A stretch of 64,000 bases of DNA from Dictyostelium discoideum (GCA_000004695.1 CM000150.2:192001-256000); one strand, 5' to 3'. Positions 44,992 to 59,536 are shown, numbered from the stretch's first letter. Notes: generated from the letters alone by a model not told the origin. A program made the numbers and translations.

Positions 44992-46491
44992 TTATAATTC
45001 ATCTTTAATCTTTCTATCTACACTATCTTTACTATCTTTACTATCGATTGTATCTATATTTTCTTGAAGTTTTGTATATACATTGGAAAGGATTTGTTTT
45101 TCTTGAAAAGCCAAATTAAAGGCCAATTTGGAACGTGCTGAAAGTTGATTATACTCTTTTGAAAGTAAAAACTCTTTATCCTGTATGATTGTTGTTGGAT
45201 AATGTCCAATCTTTAATGATACCAATCTCTTTAAATATTCCAATAACGATTCTTGCTTGTATGACATATACTTTGAAATCTTTAATAAATCCTCTGTCAA
45301 TGAATCCATTGAAATCTTTAATTTTATATCTTTGGTTTCTAATAATTTATTAACTAAATAATATTTATCATCTTTAATTGGATCCTATTTTTTAAAAAGT
45401 AAATTAATTAAAGAGAAATAAAATAAAATAAAATAAAATAATTTTTTTTAAAAAAAAAAACTTACATCAAGATTAATTGTTTCTAATAATTCTTCCATTA
45501 AAACATTTACACAAGATTTATCATCAATTTGGTTGGGTAAATAACCATAGTCCACTAAAAGATCACTTCCACAATAGTGATGATCATAGCTTACAAATAT
45601 TTCTTCACCTTTTTTAATATCTTTGATGGCTTTTACATCGACAGAACCCAACTCTTCATTGTAATCGATCTCAGCTGATGGTTGATTGCCATGATTGAAA
45701 TAATCAACAATTGGTGGAACCACAGGTGATAATTTCATTTGTTTGCCATCGGAGCCTACACTATCTGGATCGGTGACATAAATTTTACGAGCTGTAATGG
45801 TTGAATGTGCCCACCTAAATTGATCCCAACCGATGATGGTTGATTGACCTTGACACATTTCCAAGATCACATTATCTTTGAATAGGGTTTGTGATAATTG
45901 ATCGTAGAGTTTGGTTGCTACCTCTTTCTCAACCATGATATCTACAAAGGCAGGTGAACCAGCAAGGTATTCAATCTCTTTCTCGTCAAAGTACAAGGAT
46001 GTATCATAGTGGGTTGGTAATGAAGTAACCCATTCCTTTAGATTAAATGTTTCTTTGGCCATACAATGTTTGTAAATAATTAAACCAACCGCTAATATAT
46101 CCTCTTGTGCCATATTAAAGTGAACCATTCTTTCAAAGATATCTCTTTGTTCCACTTGAATAGTATCTACACTTAGACAACTTGTCCATTTGACTGCGAG
46201 TAACTCTGTTCCACTTTCAATCTTTGCATCGGCAAATACACCATATTCATCCTCTTTTCTATCTTTTTCCTTTAAAATCTCTTGCTCATCTTTAATTAAC
46301 TTTTTTTGAACAGAGAATAAAGGGTTCTTTTTATAGAATCTCGACCATTTATTCAATCTATTAATTGATCTTTTTCGATATTCATTGATTTTATCTTTTT
46401 CACTGGTTTCATTTGATTTTGTTACTTCTCCAAATACAAATGATATCGTTATTAATAATAATAATACAACAACTAATGTATTAAGTTTCAT
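44992..46491 (-). CDS. SET-domain protein-lysine methyltransferase (Rubisco-LSMT/SETD3/SETD6-like) with an N-terminal signal peptide: exons 45466-46491 and 44992-45384
   Basis: The signal-like start is MKLNTLVVVLLLLITISFVFG. The SET region includes ...NHGNQPSAEIDYNEELGSVDVKAIKDIKKGEEIFVSYDHHYCGSDLLVDYGY. The intron 45385-45465 (GTAAGT...aaaatag) is phase 0. Exon 2 resembles the LSMT-type C-terminal substrate-binding domain. The total is 1419 nt. Confidence 0.65.
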
Positions 46492-46721
46492 TTTTTTATT
46501 TTTTATTTTTTTTATTTTTTTTTATTATTTTTATTTTTTTTTTGTAAAAAAAAAATTTAAAAGAATAAAATTTATAAAAAAAAAAAAAAAAAATTAAAAA
46601 AAAAAAAAATTAAATAATTTTTTGGCGCCTCTACTAAAAAAATAAATTATTTTTTTTTTTTTATTTTTTTCATTTTTTTTTTTCCAAACTGTTCTTTATC
46701 TGAGAACATATATATATAAAA

Positions 46722-47224
46722 ATGAAGCCTAATAATATGAAACAAACAAATATTAGTCAATTTTTTGCTCCAACAAAACAACCAGAGCCAATTATAGAGG
46801 TAAAAAAAAAAAAATTGATAGTTTTTTATTTATTTTTTTTTTTATTTAAATCTAATGGGTTTTAAAATTTTTTTTTTTCATTTATTTAGGAAGGATTTGA
46901 TTCATTTTTTGATGATATACCTACAGAAGAGTTAGAACCAGATTTAAATTCTATACCAATTTCCTCTTCACAGCAAACATCTACATCAAATACCTCTTCA
47001 CAACAAACATCTTCAGCAAATACATCATCTTCAGCCACTACTACCACTACTACTAATACTAATTCACAAATACCGAAAGCACCAACAACACCATCAAAAC
47101 TAAAGCTACCAACTTCTTTCACATCAAAATCAAATACACCAACCAAATCATTACCACCATCAAATTTTAGTTTGGTAGTCAATGAACAAGAAGAAGAAAA
47201 TGAAATGAACGATAATTCAAAACC

Positions 47225-47255
<31 letters not shown>

Positions 47256-50200
47256 AATTTATTTAAAAGTAATATAACCAGTAATAGTGGTGGTAGTAGT
47301 AATGATTTATTTTCTAGATTTAAAGATGAAAAACCAAAGACTACAACTACCCTTTCTACACCTTCAAAACCATTATCGCAACCACAAAGAAATAACACAA
47401 ATGAAATATCAAAAAAAAGAAAAGAAATGGATTTTAATGAAGATGAATCGAATACAAATTATGATAATAATAATAATGATGTTGAGGATTTAGATGAGTT
47501 TTGTTTTGTTAATAAAAATAAACCATCATCATCATCATCATCATTAAATACCAATACTACAACTACACCAAAAGCACCAACTATAACACCAAAAACTCCA
47601 ACTAAAACTCCAACAAGAAGACCAGTCGTTACATATGATGAGGATGATGACGATGATGAACAAGATGATGATGAGGATGACGACGATGATGACGATGATA
47701 AAAAATCAAAATCAACAACAACGACAGCAGTAAAGAAAAAAGGTAATGCATTTGGTAAAAAAGATAAAAAAGAGATAGAAGAGAGATATTCATTCCTTGT
47801 CAATATAAAAGATGCCAATGGTAATCCAAAGGATCATCCAGATTATGATAAGAGAACATTACATATACCAGCAAGTTGTCTATCGAAATTCTCACCATTT
47901 GAAAGACAATTTTGGGATATTAAATCAAAAAACTACGATACGGTTGTATTCTTCAAAAAGGGTAAATTCTATGAACTCTACGAGAGTGATGCTGATATCG
48001 GTCATCAACAACTTCACTTGAAACTTACTGATCGTGTCAATATGCGTATGGTTGGTGTACCAGAGATGTCCTTTAATCATTGGGCTTCAAAGTTAATTCA
48101 TTTGGGTCATAAAGTGGCCAAGGTAGATCAAATGGAGACATCAATCGGCATGGCAAAGAGACAGAATGAAAAAGGTGGTCGTAATAAAAAAGATTCAATC
48201 ATTCAGAGAGAGTTAACTTCAATTCTTACCGCTGGTACACTTTTGGATGAACAAATGATCACCGATCAAACTTCAACCTATCTTATGGCCATAAAAGAGA
48301 ATGAATACGATAAACAGTATGGCGTTTGTTTTGTCGATGTATCAATTGGTGAATTCTATCTTTGTACCATTCAAGACGATGATAATCGTATGCAATTCGA
48401 AACGCTACTCCTTCAAATGATGCCAAAGGAAATCGTCTATGAAAAGGGCGCAACCTCTCCAAAAACCATCTCCATTATGAAGCGTGTTCTCTCCACTGTT
48501 AAACCAGTCATGAATGCTCGTCTCTCTCTAGAATATTGGGACCCAACAGACACTATGGAACGTATCACTCAGCTTTGTGGTGGTAAAACACCAGAGACCC
48601 TCTGTCAAATGAAAAATGAAGAATATCTAATGGGTGCATTGGGTGGTTGTATCAGTTATCTCATGGATATAAAGATTGGTAATAGCGTCGTTGAACAAGC
48701 TCGTTTCAAACGTTTCAATCCATTGGATATTGGAAACTCTATGATTTTGGATGGCCAATGCTTGGTGAACTTGGAGATATTCAACAATAGTACCGATGGT
48801 TCAACTGAGGGTACTCTTTTCAAGTTGATGGATCGTTGTACCACTGCCTTTGGAAAACGTATGTTTAGGCAATGGATTTGTAGGCCATTGGCAAATAAGA
48901 ATGCAATTGTTGATCGTCAAAAGGCAATCGAATTCCTAAGAGATAGTCCTGAAACCCTTCAAAAAGTAACGGCTATCCTCAACAAACTACCTGATCTCGA
49001 AAGAATGATCGCAAGAATTCGTGCTCAAACTTCAAAAATCTCTGATCTCATTTCAGTTTTAAATCACTTTGATAATATACATTCAAAACTATTGGAGCTA
49101 TTGGATGAAGCAGAACAAATCGAATCTATTCACCTAAGAAGTTGTCTTTTTATGGATAATCAACAAGACAACGACGATATTGATGAACAAGAAAACAGTA
49201 ACAACAACAACAACATTCGTTATTCTGGTTATCCAAATCTTAAACCCTATATTGAACGTGTTAGAAAGAGTTTTACCATTGAACAAGATCGTGTGGTACC
49301 ATCAAAAGGTTTGTTTTTAGAGTTTGATCAATGTTTAGGCAATATTCAATCATTGGAACAATCGTTTGCAAAACATTTAGAGGAACAAAAAGCTCATTTC
49401 AAGTGTAACAAAATCGAATATAAACATATGGGTAAAGAGATCTATCAAATAGAGATACCCGTTGCATTTACAAAAAAGCTTCCAGCAGGTTTCTCTTTAA
49501 AATCATCAAGCTCCAAAGTTAATAGATATCACAGTCCATTCGTTACAAAGAATCTCACCTCTTTGTTGGAAGAACGTGATACCTATGAGGTGTTATCAAA
49601 AGAGGTTTTGAAAAAGATTCTATCAAATTTCGCAATCTATTTCAATCATTTCCAAATTGCAATTACAAAACTCTCTCAATTGGATTGTCTGTTATCTTTA
49701 TATAAAGTTAGTTTTCAATCTTCAATTCAAATGTGTCGTCCCCTATTCGTCTCTAGTGATCAACGTGGTTTCATTGATGTAAAAGATATGAGACATCCTT
49801 GTATCTATTCAAAATCTGGTGATGATTTCATTCCAAATGATATATCTTTAAATACTGAAAATAATCCTCCATCTTTAATGGTTTTAACTGGTCCTGTAAG
49901 TTTTATTAATAATTGTTAAAATTTAATTAATAACTAAAATTTAAATTTTTTTATATTTTTTTAGAATATGGGTGGTAAAAGTACATTATTACGTCAATCA
50001 TGTATTTTAGTAATCATGGCACAAATGGGTTGTTATGTATCAGCATCAAGTTGCGAAATGTCAATTGTAGATAGAATTTTCACTCGTTTAGGTGCAAATG
50101 ATAATATTTTAGCAGGTCAATCAACATTTATGGTTGAATTGGCAGAAACAAGCGCAGTTCTAAAGTATGCAACCAAACGATCATTGGTTATTTTGGATGA

Positions 50201-50663
50201 GTTGGGTAGAGGTACAAGTACATTTGATGGTTATTCAATTGCATATTCAGTTTTAAATTATTTAGCAACCAAAGTTCAATCGATGTGTATATTCGCAACT
50301 CACTATCAATCATTGGCATATGAACCAACAGTTCGTGATCTCATTTCCACAGCATATATGACTTGTCATGTTGATGAAGAGGCTAAAAAAGTTATATTCC
50401 TCTACAAATTGGCAAGTGGTGTTTGTCCAAATTCATATGGTCTTCATGTTGCTTCAATGGCTGGTTTACCAAGAGAAATCATTACAAAGGCTGAAGAAAA
50501 ATCAACTCAAATGGAAAAAGACTCTGTTTTGGTCTCATTCATTCATGGTACCATATCTCGTTCGAAATTGGTTGAAAAAATAGTTCAATCATACAAACAA
50601 AAAGATTTGAACCAATTAATTCAATTATCAAATACTTTAAAAGATTTAAATTTAAATAAATAG
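46722..50663 (+). CDS. msh6: DNA mismatch repair protein MSH6 (MutS-alpha subunit): exons 46722-46799, 46890-49895, 49965-50663
   Basis: N-terminal PIP-box QTNISQFF. The MutS domain I mismatch-binding region reads [28 protein letters not shown], and the Phe-x-Glu motif is present as FYELYE. The ABC ATPase has Walker A TGPNMGGKST, split by the intron 49896-49964, plus [10 protein letters not shown] and [12 protein letters not shown]. The introns have GTAAAA and GTAAGT donors and are phase 0. The total is 3783 nt, 1260 aa. Confidence 0.9.
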
Positions 50664-50882
50664 GTATGTTTTTTTTTTTTTTTTTTTTTTTTCTAAAAAA
50701 AAAAAAAAATCAAGTAGATCAAATGTTTTTTTTTTTAATCTAGATCGATTTTTAATATGTTCACAAAAACCCAAAAAAATAAATAAATAAATTTTTAAGA
50801 AAAAAAAAAAAAACAAAAATATTTTTTGTTTTTATAAAAATAACAAAAAAAAACATTTTTTTAATCAAAAATGAAAAAACCA

Positions 50883-50913
<31 letters not shown>

Positions 50914-51052
50914 CTTCTCAACATAAACAAATATAATTTAAAAATAATAGTTAAATAAATATTATTAATTTTAGTTATATTTTTTTATATCTTTAAATTT
51001 ATGCTTTCCAAAAGTTTATTATTATTTTTATTATTAAAATCAAATCAATCCT

Positions 51053-53068
51053 ATGGAGAAACACCAAAACCAAGTAATTGAGGAAAATAGATCAAAACCA
51101 TTGATCAATTTAACCTTTTTTATCGATTCAAAGAGTAAATTTAAAGTTTCTAATTACACTCTATCAAAATTAATTAAAGATGAATTCGGTGGGTCAATTG
51201 CCTTTACATTGAATCCAAAGGTTGATTATGTTATAACAACATCAGCAAACTTTTTTTCAACCAAAACCACCACTTTTTTAAGTAATCAAGATCTCTCAAA
51301 AATAAAATTAATTAACGAGGATTATTTCATTTCACAACAAAAACTTGAACCAACTCAAAGAAGTAAAATTAATGATTCTTATTCAATCGGAAATAAACAA
51401 GATTCTCAAGTTGTTAATGTCTGTAAAAAAGAAAATGATGTTGTGGAAAAAGCTGATGATGATCTATTGAAAATTATCATTAACCCAAAACATATTCCAT
51501 CTGTTTGTTATGGAGCTAATGAACTAAAACAACCTTATTTTCCAGAAGAATATTTAATTTTAAAATCAAATTTATTAAGTGTATGTATTTTTTTTAAAAA
51601 AATATAAAACTTTAAATCCTCTTACTATTTATTGATTTATTAATTTATTTATTTTTTTTAGAGTACAATCATTGGTAAACAAAATACAAATAAATTTTTT
51701 TATTTAGAATTACATCAAGCAATTGATAATAATTTGAAAAAGTTTTATAGAATTTTCACACAATTTGGAAGAACTGATGAAATCCAAAAATCAAATTCAC
51801 AACATAGATATGTTAGCAATGATTTAAAAGAGGCTATGGCATTGTATTCATCAATTTACAGTCAAAAGATTGAAAGTGATAATGGATATATTGAGGTTAA
51901 AATGAATAGTATAACCAAAATTGGTTCAAAATTAAAGTTGGCTCAATTAAAACAACAAAAAGAGAATGATGTAAATGCAAATACTCACATCAAGGTTTAC
52001 AACGAAGAAACCGGTGAAGAAGAGACTGGGCAACAATCTTTGTTTCAAAGATCCTACATTGAAACCAATGTTTCTAAACTAATGGACATTATCTATAAAG
52101 AAGCATCTAAATGTTTAATTAAAAACTTTTCTGTAGAGGTCACTGAAAATGGTATTGAAACTCAACTTGGTGCTCTTTCAATGGCTCAAATTGAAGAAGC
52201 AAAATCAATATTAAATGAAATCAATAATGTTTTAAATAAAGATGGTATTGATAATCAAGAAAATTTGGAAATGCTATCATCTAGATTCTATCAATTAGTA
52301 CCATCAAAAATTAGTACAAAAAAGAATAGGGATTCATCGAAATCAGTAATCAATTCTTTTGAATCGTTGAATCAACTTTCAGAGTTGATGAATATGATGA
52401 AAGATTTAACCAATTCATTTAATTCAAACAAAACAACAAGTGAATCAAAAAATCATTTGGATATGAAATATTATGCATTGAATACCCACATTGAACATCT
52501 TCATCAAGCAAGTGCTGGCTATCAAATTTTCATTCGTAATTTCCTATCGAACCCACACCACCAAAAAGCCATTGATAATGGAGAAATCAAAATTCTCAAT
52601 TGTTACAGATTGGATAAGAAATTAGAAAGTGATAATTTTCTTGATGTAGGAAATGTGCAATATTTATATCATGGTAGTAAACCACAAAATCTTGTTGGTC
52701 TATTATCAAGAGGTATTCTTCCACCAGATTATGTCAAACAAATTGGAGGTAAAAGAACTGATTTTGGATATCTTGGAAGTGGTATTTACTTTTCAGACGA
52801 TGTGGTTTCCTCAACTTACACCTCACCAATTGGTGAAAAGGGTTCTAGATTTATCATAATGTCATCTGTTTCATTGGGAAAGGTTAAAGAATTTAGTAAA
52901 ATTCAACCATCATTACAATGTGCACCATCAGGCCATCATAGTTGCAAAGGTTTGAAATCAACTCCAACCAACCCAACAGATTTTAAAAACAATGAATATG
53001 TAGTATTCAATCCAAATCAATCAAAATTATCTTTTTTAATTGAATATATTGAAAATTATAAAAAATAA
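51053..53068 (+). CDS. Poly(ADP-ribose) polymerase with BRCT-like, WGR-like, helical regulatory and catalytic domains: exons 51053-51580 and 51662-53068
   Basis: Catalytic H-Y-E core: LYHGSKPQNLVGLLSRGI, YFSDDVVSSTYTS, NNEYVVFNPNQSKLSFLIEYI. The WGR-like segment is FYRIFTQFGRTDE. The intron 51581-51661 (GTATGT...tttag) is phase 0, and the total is 1935 nt. Confidence 0.8.
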
Positions 53069-53415
53069 ATAAAAAGTTTAATAAATAAATGATTAATTCT
53101 ATTCATTATTAAAATTATTATATGAAAAACATACAGAATATTTTTTATTATTTTAATATTATTAGTTAATTAAATGTATTGAAAAGTGAATGAATAAATG
53201 ATTAATTCTATTAATTATTGCTATTATTTATAATATGACAAACACAACCACAATAATATTTAAATATTATGAAAATTTAAAAAAATAAAAAAATAAAAAA
53301 CATTTAACAAATGAAGAAATGATTAATCATTCTATTATTATTATTTATAATATGACAAACACACACAGTGAATAATTTTTATTATTAAATTTATTTTATT
53401 ATTTAATTTAAATAT

Positions 53416-55229
53416 TTAATTAATTGAATATTTTTTAATTAAAGATTCTTCTTCATAATCTAAAATATTATTTGATTTGATTTGATTCTTTTGTTTATAT
53501 TTATTATGGAAGTAACGTGTAGCAACGATTGCTAAATTGATGGCAACAGCGACTAAAGTTTTCCATTGAATAGAGAAAGGTGAGAGAGCTAAAATAAGAA
53601 TTGTGAAAATCATAGGAGAAGCCATATAAGGTAATAACCATCTGGTGGTGATAGCTTTATAGGGACGATCATAATCTGGATTCCAAACGAATAATTTAAT
53701 GTAAATTATTACTTCAAGTGTGACTACGATACTGTAGATTGACATATCCAAACTCATGATAGCTTGGAAAGGCATAAGAATGAGAATACATACGATGGCA
53801 GCATTTGTAAGGATAGCAACGAAAGGTGTTTCACGACGTGGTAATAACTTTGAGAAAACCTTTGGAAGATAACCTCTATCACTTAGACTGTATAAATTTC
53901 TAGCAGATGTACAAAGATTACATTGGAATAAACCGACAGAGGAAACCATACCACCAATACTTAACAAGATACCTAACCATTGTCCACCTACTTTTAACGC
54001 GATGATAGAGAATTGACCATCTTGCCAATTGGCATAATCTCTATCATATTGCATACCAACCAACAATGGTAACACATAACTAGTGATTGTGATAATCATT
54101 ACACCAATGATACCAATTGGATAGTTTCTTTTTGGATTTTTAACCTCACCTGCCAATTGACCAGTTGCATCGAAACCACTTGTTGACCAAACCAAATTGG
54201 TCAATAGTACACCCCATTGAACACCTTTAAAATTTGAAAGACCACCATCAACTCTTAAAATCTCACCTAATTCTACATGACCAATACCCATTACTACCAT
54301 AATAATGAATGGTGTCAATAGAATAACAGATAGAATGGTACTAAAAATTCCAACTTGTTCTGCACCCCAACAATTCATCAATACAATTAATATGATCACT
54401 GCAAATGCAATCAATAATCTACAATGAGTACATGTTTCCATACCACCACCCCATAAATCATTTTCATAGGGTGTACCATTAAAGCAATTTGAAAAATATT
54501 GAACAAATAATACAGGATATAAACTTAAATCAACAATTGCTGCAAACCAACTAAATAATCCTAAACTTAAACTAACATATTCTCCAAATGCTTTTTCTCC
54601 CCACTTTTTTTTTTTTTTTTTTTTTAATTTTTTATAATAGATGTAAAAATAAATTAGTAATTTTTTCATTTTTTTTTATTTTTTTATAATAGATGTAAAA
54701 ATAATAATAATAGAGAGAAAAAAAAAAAAAAAAAAAAAAAATAAAAAAAAAAACTTACAACTGAACAACCACCATCTTTATTAACCATTAAACTTAACTC
54801 TGCAGTGATTAAACCATGTGGTATACACCAAAATATTGGTAATACAATATAAGTTAAAAGTACATATGCATAACTACCTGCACTAACACTACCTTCAATA
54901 CCAAATGGTCCACCTGATACTAAAAAATAACCAATAGAAAGAAATGATATAAACCCTATAGTTCTTGGTGGGTGATTACTTTGTGGTTCTGATTCTCCCA
55001 CTAAAATTTAAAAAATAAATAAATAAAAAAAAAATAAATAAAAAATATTAATGTTTTTATATATATATATATACATTAATATGTGTATATTATTTTCGAT
55101 ATATATTAACAAAAAATGATTTTATTAATTTTCTATTAATATTATTATTATTATTATTACTATTTTTCTTAATTTAATTATTATTCACTTACCTAATTTA
55201 CTGTGTTCATTTTCAATTTCGACTGTCAT
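53416..55229 (-). CDS. APC-superfamily amino acid/polyamine transporter: exons 55193-55229, 54759-55000, 53416-54603
   Basis: A 37-nt first exon (MTVEIENEHSKL plus one base) ends at a GTAAGT donor, and the following acceptor is ttttag. Exons 2 and 3 encode about 12 TM helices (GGPFGIEGSV..., ...GFDATGQLAGEVKNPKRNYPIGI...). The intron 54604-54758 is poly(A)-rich and has a GTAAGT donor. The total is 1467 nt. Confidence 0.75.
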
Positions 55230-55642
55230 TTCTTAATTTTCTTGTAACCAACAACAATCATATGATTAAAAATGTAATATATTCTTTCTTTAAAATTTTG
55301 TGTAACTATTTAAAAAAAGAGAAAAAAAGAAAAAGTTTATAAATATCAAAAAATTAAAAAACGTCACATACAATAAATTTTTAAAAAAAGATATTTCGCA
55401 AATAAACGAGTTTTCAATAGTGGAAAAAAAAAAATTAAAAAAAAAATAAAAAAAATAAAATTTTAAAAAAAATTAAAAATAAAAAAAATTAATAAAAATT
55501 AAAATATATTGATCAAAAATTAATTAAAATTATTTTTTTTTTACAATTGAATCTTCTTTATTATAATTTTAAAATATTAAAACAAAAAGAATTAAATAAT
55601 AAAAAAAAAAAAAAAATAAAAAAAAGAATTTATTTATTAAAA

Positions 55643-55682
<40 letters not shown>

Positions 55683-55860
55683 GGAATTTTTAAACAAAAA
55701 ATAAACTAAAATTAAAGATATATATATTTGAATCTTTATTTGTAACAATTCTATTAAAAAAAAAAAAAAAAAAAAAAAACTTTTATTTACATTTATTATA
55801 AAATCAAATAGAATTAAAATATTAATAATAAAAATAAATATATAAAACTATTTTAAAATG

Positions 55861-56560
55861 TAATAACACTTTATAGAAATGATATTGTTTAGAATAATAA
55901 AAATTTTCAAAAAACAATAGCAATTTCATTAAATTGGGAAGAAGAAATTAAAAAAAATAAAATTAATAATCAATTACCATTTTATGAATATGTACTAGTA
56001 GAATCAAGTCATCGAATGTATTTAATTTATAAGAGTGGTACAATTGGTAATTCTCTAAGCCAATTGTAAGAAGTAATGGTATTAATTTATTTGAGCTTAA
56101 ACAAATCCAGTCCAAAGGTTAATAATGATGAAAATGTTGTTTTATTTTCAGAAACACTAGTGTCGGATGCGTATCATTCCATATGTTCCTTTATGTATCA
56201 TTATCAAGGAAGTCATTTGTAATGTTTGAAGTGGTTACCATTAAAAATTACAAAATAATGTTGAAGATGATATTTGGGAAACCATTGAAAAACATAATGT
56301 AAATATTTATTTAGAATTACCAATTGTGTAGAGATATCATAAGAAAATCCAAATGCAGAGAGAATACATCCAAAATATGATATATCACTTTTAAAGCAAG
56401 TTTGGAATGGTACTCAAGTTATTGAAAATTCAATCCAACATGATATATTATTTAAATAATAATAATTTTAAATTACCAGATAATATTGAAAATCTTCAAT
56501 TATTTTATAACATTAAAGATTTATTTATTAAAAACTCATTTAAAAATATTTAATCTATAA
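55861..56560 (+). pseudogene. Degenerate partial duplicate of the middle of the downstream acyl-CoA synthetase gene (about 57.59-58.25 kb)
   Basis: The fragment NQLPFYEYVLVESSHRMYLIYKSGTIGNS parallels NQSPFYEYVPVESSHPLSIHFTSGTTGNA of the intact gene, and further aligned blocks follow. It is interrupted by several stops and frameshifts, and it lacks both the 5' and 3' parts. Confidence 0.6.
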
Positions 56561-56758
56561 TAAAAAAAAGAATAAAGATATTTATTATGGAAATTCAAAA
56601 TTAAATAAAAACATAATTTTATAACCCCTAACCATAATTAATTTAAAAAAACATTTTTTATAGGAGGATGTCAAATTTTTATTAATAATGAAAATAATAT
56701 ATATTTAAATTATATATATATATTTTATTTATTATATCTCCTGACATAAAAAGACATG

Positions 56759-56791
<33 letters not shown>

Positions 56792-56893
56792 AATATATAT
56801 TTTTTTTTTATTTATTAATTTTAAAATTTTTTTTTATTAAAATAACTTGAATATACAATAAAAAAACAACTGAAAAAAAAAATTAACAATAAA

Positions 56894-58686
56894 ATGTTTA
56901 AATTAAGTGATCCTTTTGATTATGAAAATGATTATAGTTACTCTCAAATAAATCCAATTTCATTTTGGGATGAAGTTGCAAAAAAATTTGTTCACTGGTA
57001 TGTAATTCAGAAAAATAAAAAAAAAAATAAAAAAACAAAAAAAAAAAACAAATATTAACATATAATAATACAAAATAAAAAAAAAAAAAAAGGGATAAAA
57101 TATATGATAAAGTTTATAGTGGTGATGAAATATATCCAGATTGGTTCCAAGGTGGTGAATTAAATACATGTTATAATGTTTTAGATAAACAAGTTAAAAA
57201 TCCATTAAAAAGGGATAAAGATGCATTAATTTATGAATGTCTATATTTAAAGAAAACTGTAAAATTAACATACTATCAATTATATGAAAAAGTATGTGAA
57301 TTTTCAAGAGTACTTTTAAATATAAATATTTCCAAAAATGATAACGTTTTAATTTATATGGCAAATACTCTAGAACCATTAATTGCAATGTTATCATGTG
57401 CTCGTATTGGCGCAACTTTTACAGTTTTATTCGAAGGTTATCCAGTTAAAAGTTTAATCGATAGAATTGAAACAATAACCCCAACATTAATAATTACATC
57501 AAATTATGGTATATTAAATGATGAATTAATAACATTTACACCAAATTTAAAAGAAGCAATTCAACAATCAGCTTTTAAACCAAATCATATTATCACTCAT
57601 TTTAGAAATGATTATGAAGACATTGAATTTAAAAATATTATAGGAACTATGACAATCATACCAAATACATTAGATTGGGATAAAGAAATTCAAAAAATAA
57701 AATATAATAATCAATCACCATTTTACGAATATGTACCTGTAGAATCAAGTCATCCATTAAGTATTCATTTTACAAGTGGTACAACTGGTAATGCTAAAGC
57801 GGTTGTAAGAGGTAATGGTAGTAATTTAGTTGGATTAGTTTATAATTGGTATAGCAGTATGTCTTCTAAAAAATATGATGATTCAGTTTACTTTTCACAT
57901 TCAAGTATTGGTTGGATTACATTTCATATGGGTTTAATTGGATCATTAGCACTTGGAAATACATTTGTAATGTTTGAAGGTGGTATTACAAAACCAATTC
58001 ATTATGAACATTATTTATGGGCAACTATTGAAAAACATAAAATCAACACATTTTTAACATTGGCAAAAACAATAAGATACCTTATAAAGAATGATCCGGG
58101 AGCTACTAATATAAATTCAAAATATGATTCATCAAGTTTACTTTCAATTTGGATAGCAGGTGAAGTTATTGAACAATCAATTCCTGAATATATTGAAAGT
58201 AAATTAAAATGTTGTTCCGGAAATGTATATGGACAAACTGAAGGTGGTTGTATATCATTATTTAATTGTAAAAGAATATATAATAAACAGTATAATACAC
58301 TAATTAATCCAACTCCATTTTTAAAACCATCAATATTTTCAGAGGATGGTATTGAATTACCGGATAATCAAGTCGGTGAAATTGTATTCAAGTTACCAAT
58401 GCCACCAAGTTTTGCCACAACATTTTATAAAAATGAATTACTTTATAAAAAGATTTTCAATAAATTTCCAGGTTATTATAATAGTGGTGTTATAACATTT
58501 AAAAAAGAAATTGACTATTATGGTATTGTTTCAAGGGCAGATGATCAAATTAAAATTGGTGGCTTTAAAGTTGATTTAAATCAAATTGAAACATCAATTT
58601 TAAAACATCCATTAGTTTTAGAATGTTGTTCAATTGCTATATATCATCAAGATTTAAAAAATGTTCCAATTGGATTATTAGTTTTA

Positions 58687-58782
<96 letters not shown>

Positions 58783-59043
58783 CCAGATAATTCATCATCA
58801 TCATTATCATTATCATTAATTGATTTAAAAAATCAAATCAATAAAATTATTAAAAATGATATGGATTTTTATTCAGAATTAACAAAAATTATAATTGTTC
58901 CTCAACTACCAAAGACAAAAAGTGGTAAAATTCCAAGATCGATAGTTTCAAAGTTTTTAAATGAACCAAATTATCAATTACATGAATCATGTGATCATGA
59001 AGTTTTTTACTTAATAAAAGAGTTATATGTAGAAAATAATTAG
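56894..59043 (+). CDS. Short-chain acyl-CoA synthetase (acetyl/propionyl-CoA synthetase-like AMP-forming ligase): exons 56894-56997 and 57093-59043
   Basis: N-terminal ACS-type region INPISFWDEVAKKFVHW/DKIYDKVYSGDEIYPDWFQGGELNTCYNVLDKQ. AMP-binding motif HFTSGTTGNAKAVV. C-terminal A10-like LPKTKSGKIPRS. A 37-residue polyQ insertion sits at about 58690-58803. The intron 56998-57092 (GTATGT...aag) is phase 2 and recreates the Trp codon. The total is 2055 nt. Confidence 0.8.
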
Positions 59044-59536
59044 TATTGTTTTTTTTTTTTTAACATTTAATAATCCAAAAATTATAATAAAATTATTAAA
59101 ACTTATTTTATAAACAAAATGTTCAATTATTTATATTTTCAAATTTAAGTTAATCTTTTTTTTAAAAAATGGATAGTTTTTATATGTTTTAAAATTGTTT
59201 TTTTTTTTTTTTTTTTTTATATTCACCCACCCCAAAACTAGATATTAAAATTAATTTTTTACTCTCAAATTTATTATTAAAATACATAAAAATAAAAAAG
59301 AGTGAAAATTTTGAATGGAAATAAATTAAATGTAAAAATATATTTTTACCTTTAAATCTTTCTTTATTACAATTTTAAAATAATAAAACAAGAGGAATTA
59401 AGATCAAAATAATAATATTAAAAAAAAAGAAATGGAATAAAATAAAATAAAATAAAATAAAATAAAATAAAATAAAATAAAATCATTTTTTTTTTTTTTT
59501 TTTTTTTTTTTTATATGATATTTTTTATTGTGTTCA

